Shown here one piece after another: positions 37,885 through 49,560 of a stretch of 64,000 nucleotides of DNA. A program made the translations under genes and the position numbers. The notes beneath the pieces are model-generated. The model had not been told where the DNA came from, did not search any database, and worked only from the letters and a program-made list of their open reading frames with translations. The DNA lies in NCBI RefSeq assembly GCF_001194135.2, contig NC_068987.1, positions 16,199,421 through 16,263,420 on the forward strand, written 5' to 3'. Source of the stretch: Octopus bimaculoides (lineage: Eukaryota). Position 1 is the first letter of the stretch; every line of letters starts with the position of its first letter.

Positions 37885-38125
37885 TCCAGCTGAGCTATGG
37901 TTAAAAGCATTCCAGCCATGATAGTCTATGACTGTCCAAACACGTTATGGTCAAAAGCATTCCTACCATGACTGTCCAACTGAGCTATGGTCAAAAGCAT
38001 TCCAGATATGACCATCCAGCTGAGCTATGATCAAAAGCATTCCAGATATGACCATCCAACTGAGCTATGATCAAAAGCATTCCAGCCATGACAGTATAGC
38101 TGAGCTATGGTCAAAAGCATTCTAG
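37885..38125 (+). repeat. 40-bp minisatellite, 6 units
   Basis: Unit anchor tgagctat(g/a) or variant at 37891, 37941, 37981, 38021, 38061, 38101. Consensus approx. tgagctatggtcaaaagcattccagccatgaccatccagc. Confidence 0.9.
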
Positions 38126-38454
38126 TCATAGCAATCCATTTTATTCCCAAAATAGTGTCATCTTGCGACTAGCTGCATGGCCTAGTGGTTAAAGTGTGGG
38201 TTAATAATAATAATAATAATCATAAGGTGGCCAGTTCACTTCTTGGACTGGATTCTACACCAGTGACCTTGAGTTGTTTGGGTCAACTATATCACTCATA
38301 TAGCTCTGGGATTGATAAAAACAAGTACTGATCAAGTATAAAGCTTGGTTAACTTAATTACAAGGCTTTCCTCCACCATTACAAAAGAGAAAAAAAATCT
38401 GTGACCTTGTGCCATTGGAAAAGCCTAATGGTATTGCTGTTATAATAATATGTT

Positions 38455-38860
38455 AATGCTGGACAAAATGCTTAGCAGCATTTCTTTTGACTTTTTGCGA
38501 GTTCAAATGCCATCAAAGTCTACTTTGACTTTCATCCTTTGGTAGGTTGAAGTACTAGTTGAGCACTGGGGTCAATGTAATCGACTAGTCTCCTCCCCAC
38601 AGTTTACGGGCTTTGTACCTACACTAGAAAGGATTATTATTAAGACAGTGAACTGGTAGAATCGTAGTGCCTTCGACAAAATGCTTAGTGGCATTTCGCC
38701 TGTCATTACATTCTGAGCTCAAATTCCGCTGAAGTCAACTTAGCCTTTTATCCTTTGGGGGGGTTGATAAAATAAGTACCAGTTGAGCACTGGAGTTGAT
38801 GTAATCAACTTACCCATCCATTGAAATTGCTGGCCTTGTGCCAAAATTTGAAAACGTTAT
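38455..38860 (+). mobile_element. Two tandem copies of repeat family D directly upstream of the KANK acceptor
   Basis: caaaatgcttag...gagttcaaat...ggccttgtgccaaaatttgaaa, followed by (TTA)n(TCA)n(TCC)n. Confidence 0.85.
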
Positions 38861-38945
38861 TTTTATTATCATTATTATTATTATTATTATTATAATCATC
38901 ATCATCCTCCTCCTCCTCCTCCTCACCACTTGTTTTCCATTGCAG

Positions 38946-41900
38946 CTGGGCCACCGCAAACCCAAAAGTATCAAGTGCAAGTCCGAGCTGTAAAAAGTCA
39001 GAGCAGTGAAAGTGGAGATGAGCACTGTACGTGTTGTCCGTATGGATACCACATTGATTTGGATTTTCTCAAGTACTGTGAAAACATGTCAAATGGCAAC
39101 ACACTCAAACAGCTCAAGAAAATCAAACGCAACAAAAAGAAGTTGCGTAAATCGATGGAATTCATATTGGATCAGGAAAGTGGGACGGCGACTGAAAACT
39201 CTGAACTTCCACCTGACATTGTCCACTCAGCTGACGCTAGCCGCATTTTAAATATAGTCGAATATGAATCATCAGCTACGCGTAACATTCTTGAGGAAAT
39301 AGATTCATCAGTGAATGCCAAGATTAAAATGGCTGGAAGACAGGCTTACATGATGCAATCTTCCTATGACAACAATGATACCAGTGAAGCACTGCATGCT
39401 AAATTTGGTACCTTTCCTTACAAGAATGCTGTCCAGGAAGAAGCTTCTGTTCCCTGTACGTTGGGCCGAACTGACTCTGTGAGTTCCATCTCATCCCTGT
39501 CTACAGTTTCTAGTGAACAAAATTACCCCACGACTAACACAATGTACGAACATTCCTCACACCACACAAAAAGTACTTTCCGAACAACCACAGTAACTTC
39601 ATCAGAATTGGCAGCAACCATAGCAACACATTTTCCACAACAGAATGGTTCTAGCCCAGCCCATAATTCTGTAACCTTTGACAGCCAAAATTCGACAATG
39701 ATTAGCAAAGCATCTTTGGAGGCAATCCGCGAAGCAATGGCTGTTAGCCTCCAGCGAATGAGAGAACTGGAAGAACAAGTGAAAGCAATTCCAGTGCTGC
39801 AAGTTCGGATTTCTGTCCTCAAAGAAGAAAAACGGCTCCTGATGCTGCAGCTGAAAGCTCAGAACCACAAACTCAATCAAAGAAGCATTGGTGTTAGCAA
39901 CAGCACAACTACTTCAGAAAAAACTGTAACAACTTCAGAAAGAACTTGTAGGACTCTAGATGAAATAACCAGCCGTATTCATGTAGAACCTCCAAAACAG
40001 AATGAACAAATACAACATAAGCCATACCCCCAACCTCAATTTCACACAGTTCAGACTGTTGCTGTCATTAAGACTCCCACTACTCGTTCCATAGGAATTG
40101 GAGACCATTCAATTGAGGTTCCTTATGATATCCAACCTGACTTGAGTTCAGCATATTTCTCACAGAAATATCCAGATACTCATACTGAAACTTGGGAAAA
40201 AGAAACCATCATTTTGCAGCCAGTTCATTCAGAGGTTTCCCATACTTCTCATGTTTCTCAAGTTTCTCAAGTTTCTCAACTTGCCCAACATGTTTCTTCT
40301 ACATCAGCTGAACATCTTGTTTCCCCAAGCCCAGCTGCTGTCAGAAGCCCCAAGCCAGTTACTCGAACTGTCGGTGTTGGTGATGGAAATGTCTACGACC
40401 AATCTGACTCCGGTCTCCACATTCACGAGAAAGAACTGCGCACACTTATTATTGGTCAGCCATCAACTTCCCTGTCTAAACGTAATGTTGGTGTCGAGTG
40501 CAAGGTATCGACAAGAGATGTTGGTATTTCTTATATCTGTGATGACTTGAAGCCTTCTATGCGTTCAGTAGGTGTCGGTACCGATGATGGTAGCCTTTCA
40601 TCCACATGGAATATTCATTTCAAGAGTGAAGAAATCACAACAGCTATACGTCAAGTTTTGAGTAAAAACGTCCGCAGCGTAGGAGTTAGTTGTCACATGC
40701 ATGCATCGGGTAAAGAGGCAGGAACACAATACAGATGGGAAGTGAGTACTCGTAGCATAGGTTGTGGTAGTTACAGGGTAGATGATGTTCCCCCTGAGCC
40801 ACAGAAACAAGTTCGCACATTTTCTGTTGCTTGTGAAGCAAAACCCACTCAGACACACCGTTCCTGTCTAACTGAAAAAGGATGGACTATGGAGCAAGGT
40901 ACACTCACTGATTCCCTAAATGTGGAGCACCGATTCACTAACACGCCCAGAGCAATCTGTGTCAATTCCTCGACAATAACAGATAATCCAAAACTCAAGA
41001 TGAATGGCTGTCAAACAGATGTCAAAATTTTCATGGCTCTTGAACAGATTTGCAATCGCAGCTGTAACACAGATATTCCAAATCTACGGACAGTTGGTGT
41101 CAATACACAACGGCCTACTCTCTCGACATCCAACTATGAACTCGATATCTTCTCAATTGAAAATATAAAAGAAAAAATCGAACATTATCAAACGTACACC
41201 GAGAAAACTATTTCTGGCTCCAGTGAAAGTTCTTTTTCACAATCGAGCAAGACCACCAAGTCAGGAGACCTCTCACAGTATGGTGATGGTACTACCATCC
41301 ATAAGAGACAACAGGGTGAGTTTCAAGGTCAGTCTTCACAATCGTCATCATCTTTAACATCAGCACCATCAACGGAATACAATACAATCAAATCCTCTGT
41401 CACATACGAGTCTTCAGGAGGACAGTCTTCTGATGACCAGTCTTCTGGTAGACATGGTGGTACTCAAGGTATGACTGTGAAGCAACGGTCGGTGAAGGCT
41501 CCAGACATGATGTCCTCCTCATCAAGTGTAAAAACAACTACATATTTTCAGTCAGATGCTCTTGATTCTGACTCTAAAACTTCCAAATCTTCCACTTTAG
41601 ATGCTGAAAGAAGTGCATTTCTGAGAAATATGGCTGAAAGTGCAAAAATGTCAATGATGGGTCTAACAGACTCTAAAACTGAAGGTCAGACAGTTATTTC
41701 AGGCGTCAGACACAAGCAAGCTGATGGTGCCAATGTAACTGTCAGCTCAAGAGTTGCTGGAAATCAACAAGTTAGCTTGGGTACCATTGTAGACCAACAA
41801 CATGGCATGAGTTCCACTGGAGATCAACGATATAGTTCAAGTGTCACAGGAGACCAATGGGTTAGCTCGAGTGTTTCTGGAGATCGAGTTAGCTCAAGTA

Positions 41901-44373
41901 CAACTGGAGATCACCAGTTTATCTTGAGTTCTACAGGAGGCCAACAAATTAGCTCAGGCTCTGTTGAAAACCAGCAAATCAGTTCAAGAATCACTGGAGA
42001 TCACTCGGTTAGCTCAAGCTCCATTGGTAATGAATCAGTTAGTTCAAGTGTCATGGGAGGTCAATTGGTGTATTCAACTGGAGCCCAGTCGGTCAGTTCA
42101 AGAGACTCTGGAGAACATTTAGTTAGTTCAAGTGTTATTGGCGATTCTTCATTCAACTCGAATGTCAGTGAAATTCAGGTTGTTAGCTCAAATTTAAACA
42201 AAGATCGAGCAGTTAGCAGCAGTTTTGAACCTTCAGCTGAAAACGTAGTTACGTTACATGAAACTGAGCGAAGAGGGTATATGGGCAGTGGTGCTAATGA
42301 AAAGACAGTGACCAGATCATCTGGAAGTAGTGTCTCCGATTCGGAGGTCTGCTTTCCTCAAGAGTATACTATCTCTGCTCAGACCATAAACATACAGCAA
42401 GTTGACGCTTTAAGATCTAAAGATGGTAAAGGATCACAAGAACAAGAGGTTAGGACTATTAGTAACCGTGGTAATGTAGACACAATTGAAGGTAATGCTT
42501 TGAGTGGAGGGACTCATATGGTGTCTGGATCAATGTACAGTAAGTCCTCTGGATCGTCCTCTGGATCGTCCTCTGGATCATCCTCTGAAACGATGTTCAA
42601 AACATTAGTGCCTTCTGAACAAGATCAAACTAGAAAGCAAACTAAACAATTTCACACTGCTACTCATTCATCAGATGTTTATGGACCAGGGTCAGATTAT
42701 CGAACTGGCATAGCTTCATCAGGATATATTTCTGGAAAAGTTCCACATGATGAATTTTCTCACCAATCGCTGGTGACAAGCATCAGATATGTTTCTGAAC
42801 CTGTTTCTGAAGTCTCTTCAACTGAGGTACTCTACAGAACTCCAAAATCACCACAAAGTTCTGGCAGTGTTCACGGTCAGAATATCACATATTCTAGTTC
42901 TTCAGAAAAACCATCCATGGTTGCAACAGTCCACAGTGAGGGGTCTGGTTCAATAGATGAAAAACTTTCGATTGAACCCATGCTCACTGGAACTAAAATA
43001 ATATCAAAAGCTTCAGAATCTCCTCAGATTACTACCAGAGTGTACAATGAGAAAACAACACATAGTAGTTCTTCAGGGAGTCATAGACTGGCATCTGAAC
43101 CTGTAGTTACTATTACTGAAACTATCTATAAGTCTCCGGAATCTTCTCAGAGTACCAGCAGAGTATATAGCAAGAAAACAACACCTAGTTCTTCAGGGGC
43201 ACCAGTTGTAACTGAAGTGGTCCGAAGTGGTGAAGGTTACTCTACAAATCAAAGACTGGCATCTGAACCTGTTGTTTCTATTACTGAAACGATCTATAAG
43301 TCTCCAGAATCTTCTCAGAGTACCAGCAGAGTATATAACAAGAAAACAACACCTAGTTCTTCAGGGGCACCAGTTGTAACTGAAGTGGTCCGAAGTGGTG
43401 AAGGTTACTCTACAAATCAAAGACTGGCATCCGAACCTGTTGTTTCTATTACTGAAACGATCTATAAGTCTCCAGATTCTTCTCAGAGTGCTAGCAGCAT
43501 GTATAGTAAGAAAATGGTGTACAGCAGTTCTTCAGTAGGGCCAGTTGTAACTGAAGTATTACATAGTGGTGAGGGTGATGCAGCCGATCAAAGGCATGTA
43601 TTCGAACCTATGCTCTCTACAGCTACAAGAATGTCTAAAGATTCTGATTCTTCTAATAACAGCAATGTTTATACAAAAAAGACTGTTTATACTCATTCTT
43701 CAGGTACACCTATTGGACAAAGAGAATTCAAAGATGACAAAAACATCGAGTCTCATCAAATATCTGGGTTAAGTACTTCTCTTTCAGAGAGTAGCCATAA
43801 TATTGAAGTATCAAATACAGACAGTGATTCAGTGGCTGCATCACTTTCCCTGTCATCATCATCATCTCAAAAATTGGAAGACCTCAGTTCATCTGCAGAC
43901 TTCCCTGACAGTGTGTCTTCTTCTCGTATTTGTGCAGATAGTGTTCCATCTTCTGTTGACAGTGCTGATACCAGATCATCTTCTGGTGACTGTCCACAAA
44001 GTGTTATGTCGTCTTCAGACTCCCTTAAGGCAGATCTCAACCAATTGGGTTTGGAGATGTTCACAAACAGGCAGAGCAACATGTTGGGTTTAGGTGCTAA
44101 CAAAATGCACACGGAATTTTCTCAGAGTAGTGGTTGGAATCCTGAAAATACAACATACTCTTTCCGAATAACTGAGATGGTAACTACTTCATCCTCAGTT
44201 GGAAGTGAACCAGACTTGAGTCGAGATGGAGGAACGAGTTTTGAAAATAGGCATGCTCTTTCTTACGGTAACCTCAGTGAACCTAATATCCAGTTGAAAT
44301 CATGTATAAAGAGAAGCAGTTCAGAACCTGGCGCCAAGAAAGAGATTTCTTTTGCTGAAAGTGTACAGGGCGG
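38946..44373 (+). CDS. KANK: KANK giant coding exon (5,428 nt, ~1,810 aa): KN motif, coiled coil, motif array, Ser/Thr-rich repeats
   Basis: Open frame 38930-44377. KN motif PYGYHIDLDFLKYCE (39038-39082). Coiled coil LEAIREAMAVSLQRMRELEEQVKAIPVLQVRISVLKEEKRLLMLQLK (39716-39856) closely resembles KANK1 CC1. TRSIGxG repeats and terminal LKSCIK...KKEISFAESVQGG are present. Acceptor ttttccattgcag| and donor CGG|gtaagt. Confidence 0.95.
41741..42222 (+). repeat. Coding decapeptide repeat (~16 x VSSSxxGDQx)
   Basis: VSSRVAGNQQ, YSSSVTGDQW, VSSSTTGDHQ, ISSRITGDHS, VSSSSIGNES, VSSSVMGGQL, VSSRDSGEHL, VSSSVIGDSS and others. Confidence 0.85.
42785..43710 (+). repeat. Coding 168-nt / 56-aa tandem repeat plus diverged flanking units
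   Basis: agactggcat recurs at 43085, 43253 and 43421 (period 168 nt). Unit RLASEPVVSITETIYKSPESSQSTSRVYNKKTTPSSSGAPVVTEVVRSGEGYSTNQ. Confidence 0.95.
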
Positions 44374-45784
44374 GTAAGTAGTGTTCTTGCCAACTAAAAT
44401 TAAATTTTTATGGTGTCGGGATGATTGATCTAATGGATTGTGTGTTTTGTCTATATAGATTCCTAAAGCTGTAGTCTTTACTCTTCCTCTACCTTATCAC
44501 TGTTTTTTCTTCCTGTCATCCCTAACCGACATAATCTACATTCATTATGTGTAGGTTTCTTTTTCTGTTTCACTTTGTTTTATCTATAGTATTGCATTAT
44601 TACACTGATGATTATGGTGGTTCTTCATATCTGAAGACCACGAGGAAGTGTGGCAAGCCCTCAGATGACTATGTAAACTGACCCTTGAACAACAGTCTTT
44701 GACACACACGGAGCAAATATGTAAAGCTTTAGTCAAATGGGTGTCCTGAAAGTGACTCTTTCCTTGTTTGGCATTTCTCATCCACCACAGTGGCTGCAGC
44801 ATTCTCAGAGTCCGTTGCAGTGAACTGAATACAATCTCATATCACCCCCCCTCTCTGCTGCCACTCCCTCCTACCTGCCTGGGTGGGCTGGTGTTTCAGC
44901 TGGTCTGCAAGATGCTTTCTGTGGGTTCTTCTGTCTCTGTTGGTGTGTGACATGACTTTGTAGTTGTGAGGTTATAGTAGTGGATTGATCTTTGCCCTTC
45001 ATCCTTTTGGAATAGATAAAAAAACAAAAACAAAAAAAACAGCCCCAGTTTTGAGCGGTGGAGTGATAGTTATTAAGGATTCAGGTGAGATACCCTGCAG
45101 TGTCTGTTCTAGGTCATTTTGTCCTAACAGCAACATCAGCTAGGATAATGGGGCTAATCTGTATTTTCCCTTGGATAAATGTTGACGGTAGGGAGATGGT
45201 AGTAAGCATTGCATGCATAACTTGCAGTGTTCCTCAAAAAAAAAAAAAAAATAGAAGGCAAAAAAATTTTCCCATATATCTACACATCCATGTGCTGAAT
45301 GCATGGTTGATCTTGTATGACAGACCTAGTAGCATTGGTTGAATGAGTGCCACCTGAGGCAGCCCTAGAGTTTTCCCCCCACCTGTCCTATACAAGGTCA
45401 TACAGCAGACTCAAAAGTGCCACTACACCCATAAAAGTGTCACCTGGGACAGATTTCTCCCATCATCCCCTGCCAGGTATGCTACCGCATAGACACCTAA
45501 GATGACAAAGTAGGAATCTATTCTGGACTGAATTCTTTGAACAGCTGCACTGTTCAAACTAATGAGGCATTTGAAAAGTTCTGATGTTCCCACTACAGTA
45601 AACTGTCCTTTCTCCATGTTTCCTTTTACTTTCAGGAAAATAAGGAGAAGAAAAAAAACACAGTCTGTTGTTCTTTGAATTGGTAGCACTAGACACTATA
45701 CGAAGTGTGTGTGTGTGTATGCATATTAAGGTTACCCCCATCACCAGAAAAGTGATTTTAAAAAGGATTCTATAACTTAGTAAT

Positions 45785-45930
45785 TATATCCATCCATCCA
45801 TCCATTCGTCTATCTATCTATCTATCTATCTTTCTATATCTATCTATCTTTCTATATCTTTCTATATCTATCTATCTTTCTATATCTATCTATCTATATC
45901 TATCTATCTTTCTATATCTATCTATCTAGT
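45785..45930. repeat. (CCAT)n-(CTAT)n compound tetranucleotide microsatellite
   Basis: Directly visible. Confidence 0.9.
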
Positions 45931-46316
45931 AAATTTGTTCTATATTGTGTTCAGCTTTACTAATATTATTATTGTTACTGCTACTCTTGCTATCATCACT
46001 ATTGAAATCATGATTATTACAACAAAGTACTGAAGATGTTTTAGTTAATGTTAGGCATTTCATGTATTTGCATTTAAATCCAATTATAATTTTCTTCACC
46101 AATTCAAGTTTGTAAATTATATCATAATAGGTTACAAAAAAAGTTAAAAATCATATTATTATTATTATTATTATAATGTTTTGATTTATGTTAGCCCTTG
46201 TGGCCAATAAAAGAATGAATTATTATTATTATTATTATAATTGTTGTTTGATAAATGTATGCATATATGTCATGCTTTTCTGAGAGTTTCAATTTCTGTA
46301 TATATGTATTTGTGTG

Positions 46317-46347
<31 letters not shown>

Positions 46348-46642
46348 GTGATTTTATATTATTAATTCATCAATAATATATTTAGGAAATCAATATTTAG
46401 TATTTCAAAAGATATATATCCAACATAACATGGTAGCATAATAAATTCAAAAGTTTAAAACATAAAAATAATAATACGGAATATAAATATCGATACATAT
46501 AAAAATCTAAAAATAGATAAATATATGTTTAAATATATATGCGTATAAAAATTTATGTGTAAATAAGCATGAATATTATAAATTCTAAAATATAAAATAC
46601 AAAGAAACCTAAAGTTAAAAGAATAAAATATCTTACGATATA

Positions 46643-46695
<53 letters not shown>

Positions 46696-48559
46696 CAAGT
46701 ACGATAAACCTTTTATTTTTCATTTTTGCCTTGGTTCAGTGCATTCTGTTCCTGTTTTTTCTCCCTTTTGTTAACTAAATGCCATTCACTTGTTATGCCT
46801 GTTTGCTTACTTACCTGCATGCTGCACCTGCTTGCTGGCTAATGCAAGTTCTTAATTAGATACACACACACACACACACATACACCCTGCTGTATCTTAC
46901 TGTCTCTTTTTCTCTGTCACTCTTTGTTTCTCTATCAATACTTGCTTCAGCTGCTGCATTATGTAATGTGAAGAATTGGGAAAATACTGGATGACTGACT
47001 GTCTTTCAAGAACCAACTCTATAGCTAATGGGGTTTTTCTCTCTTGGTTTTAGTACTATCTTACATTTTGGAGTGTGCTCATACAAACATGCAGGTTTGC
47101 ATGTGCGTGTGTGTGTGTGTATATATATGTGTATGTGTTTGTATAGGTATATGTATATGTGTGTATATATGCATTNNNNNNNNNNNNNNNNNNNNNNNNN
47201 NNNNNNNNNNNNNNNNNNNNNNNNNNNNNNNNNNNNNNNNNNNNNNNNNNNNNNNNNNNNNNNNNNNNNNNNNNNNNNNNNNNNNNNNNNNNNNNNNNNN
47301 NNNNNNNNNNNNNNNNNNNNNNNNNNNNNNNNNNNNNNNNNNNNNNNNNNNNNNNNNNNNNNNNNNNNNNNNNNNNNNNNNNNAGAGAGAGAGAGAGAGA
47401 GAGAGAATGTGCTTAATATGTATTTTTGAATGTATGTGTGTTGTATATACTTGTATGATATATATATATATTTAAATGTATTTGTATATGAATATTTTAA
47501 CTGCATGTGTGCATATCTATAATATGTGTATGTGTGTGTGTGTGTGTGTGTGCATTTATATATATATATATACATACATACATGCACACACACATACATA
47601 TATCTTAGAATGAGATAATAAAGCCAAGGCTGTGAGGAGATTTTAGAATATTTATAATGAAATAGTCTTACAGCTGTTTCTGGTATATTATGGATATCCC
47701 TTCATCAGAGACGGTCTGAGATAATATTTGAGTTCGAATTATTATGGAATAGGAGGAAATAGGGAATAGAGAGAGAGATAAGAGAATGAAAGTAGAAATA
47801 AGATGTATAAAGATGTTGTAGTTCCATTTTTCGAGGAAAATGGTGTATAGAAGTGGTAAAAGTTTCCTGTACATGGTATGTAAATTCCAATAGTCATTTC
47901 AAAGTATGCAGCTGTGGAATCAGTATTACTTGTTCAAAATAGTTTTATATATGTACATGTGTATATATTTGTGAGTGTGTATCCTTGTGTATAAGCTACT
48001 ACTATAAAGGTGTGTATATACACATGTAAAATACTACTTACTTGTCGGTGTATTTATTGATCTGTTTATCTCTTTTGTTTTGGTTGAATTTTTGTTTTTC
48101 AATTGAAGATTTTTCTTCTGTCCTTATTTGACCTACGTGCTTAGTTTCAAACAGTATGAATCCAAAATCTGTTCATGTTTGAAAGACCTTCTTGAGGCCT
48201 CTTCTTTTGAATGAAATGATACTCACACAATGTTATTGAACATTTGCTGTAGGTGGTGAAGGATCATGGGAATGATATCTTTCATCTTGATTTTCATTTT
48301 TTTTTTTATAGAGGTGTCAAGGTGCAGTAATGTTTCCTGGAGAACTGTCACCATGAACTCTCCTGTCATAGACAATAGATGAAGGTTTTGCAATTCCTTG
48401 CTGATCAACATACACAAATGATTTGCTTATAGTGATCAAATGTTTGTTTTGCACATTGGCTCAATTCTGTCATTGAATTAACATTCTCTGTACACGTGCA
48501 GAAGTGTGCCACATGTCAAAGTGATTATAGATCAAAACGAGATGGACTGTTTTGCTTGT

Positions 48560-48650
48560 GAATGCAAAGCATGGCCTGATCTGGGAATCGAAACCATGAT
48601 CTTGCTGTTGTGAGTGCAACACTCTGACCACTAGGTCACATGCCTTCACT
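48560..48650 (-). mobile_element. tRNA-like SINE head fragment (family B/C-related)
   Basis: ctgggaatcgaaaccatgatcttg...ctgaccactaggtcacatgccttcac contains reversed B and A boxes. Confidence 0.6.
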
Positions 48651-48794
48651 ATTTGATGTGTATAGTAACCGCAGTTTGCGCTTTTCAAGGAAGTAACATT
48701 TGTTCATAATGTGAGTGCAGATATAGTGTGTAGTGTTTGGTTAAATTTGATTCCAGAAGGTCAAGGTAGAACGAACACACACGCACGCACGCAT

Positions 48795-48839
<45 letters not shown>

Positions 48840-49349
48840 CTATTGTTTGATATATATTGAGACTGCTTGTTATTTGTAATAGAGTTGATGTTTTAACCTA
48901 CCATGAAGCATTCTAAAGATTAGTAAGTTAAAGGACACTTATATATAGGAGTATTCATATATATTTATATGTATATTTCATATGTGTGTGAATGCTGATA
49001 TAATGTTAGTTATATAACCATCATGATTAAGAAACAGTTGTACGTTAATGGAATAAACATCTATTCTCTCACTTCTCTTATCTGTTCAATTACACACACA
49101 CACACACACACACACATACTCTTCTATAGTCCCAGACCAACAAAAACTCAGGAGTAAATTTGTTAGAGATACTCTCTTCTCATTCGTATCTTTTCTTCAG
49201 GAGGGTAGGCATTGCCCATAACCCTTAGATCTTCCAAAAATAATGGGAAGGAGGAAACATCCTCAAAGTGAAGACCTGGCCTGAATGCTTGCAACATAGT
49301 GGTACCCAAGGACAAGGTAGTGGTGTTAAATCAGGCAGTGGATTAAGTC

Positions 49350-49560
49350 TACCACCCAAATAGGCCATAGTGGGATTTGAACTCAAAACGCAAAGTTCTG
49401 GAAAAAATGCTGCAAACGTTGTTGCCCTGATGTTCTCTCAGTTTCACCAATCCACCGTGCTGGATTGGTATGGTTTCATTGATCCTGAAAGGTTGAAAGA
49501 CAAAGTTGACTTTGGAAGGATTTGAACTCAGAACCCAGTCAGTCAAAACAAATACCACAA
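49350..49560 (-). mobile_element. Repeat family D, two partial diverged copies
   Basis: gggatttgaactcaaaacg and gaaaggttgaaagacaaagttgactttggaaggatttgaactcagaac. Confidence 0.65.

Noticed and set aside
37885-38125. Regularly spaced repeats resembling a CRISPR array
   Set aside because: Units are contiguous with no unique spacers, there are no cas genes, and the context is eukaryotic; it is a minisatellite.
38930-38945. TTG start of the 1,815-aa ORF given in the track
   Set aside because: These bases are the pyrimidine tract and AG of the splice acceptor; the real start is in an upstream exon.
41430-41455. CTGATGA-CCAG-TCTT-CTGG hammerhead-like half inside the KANK exon
   Set aside because: The required GAAA box is TAGA, and the sequence is explained by the codons for SDDQSSG.
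44593-44680. Protein-like frame LHYYTDDYGGSSYLKTTRKCGKPSDDYVN* after the 44589 acceptor
   Set aside because: It needs a phase-1 junction, but the giant exon ends in phase 2.
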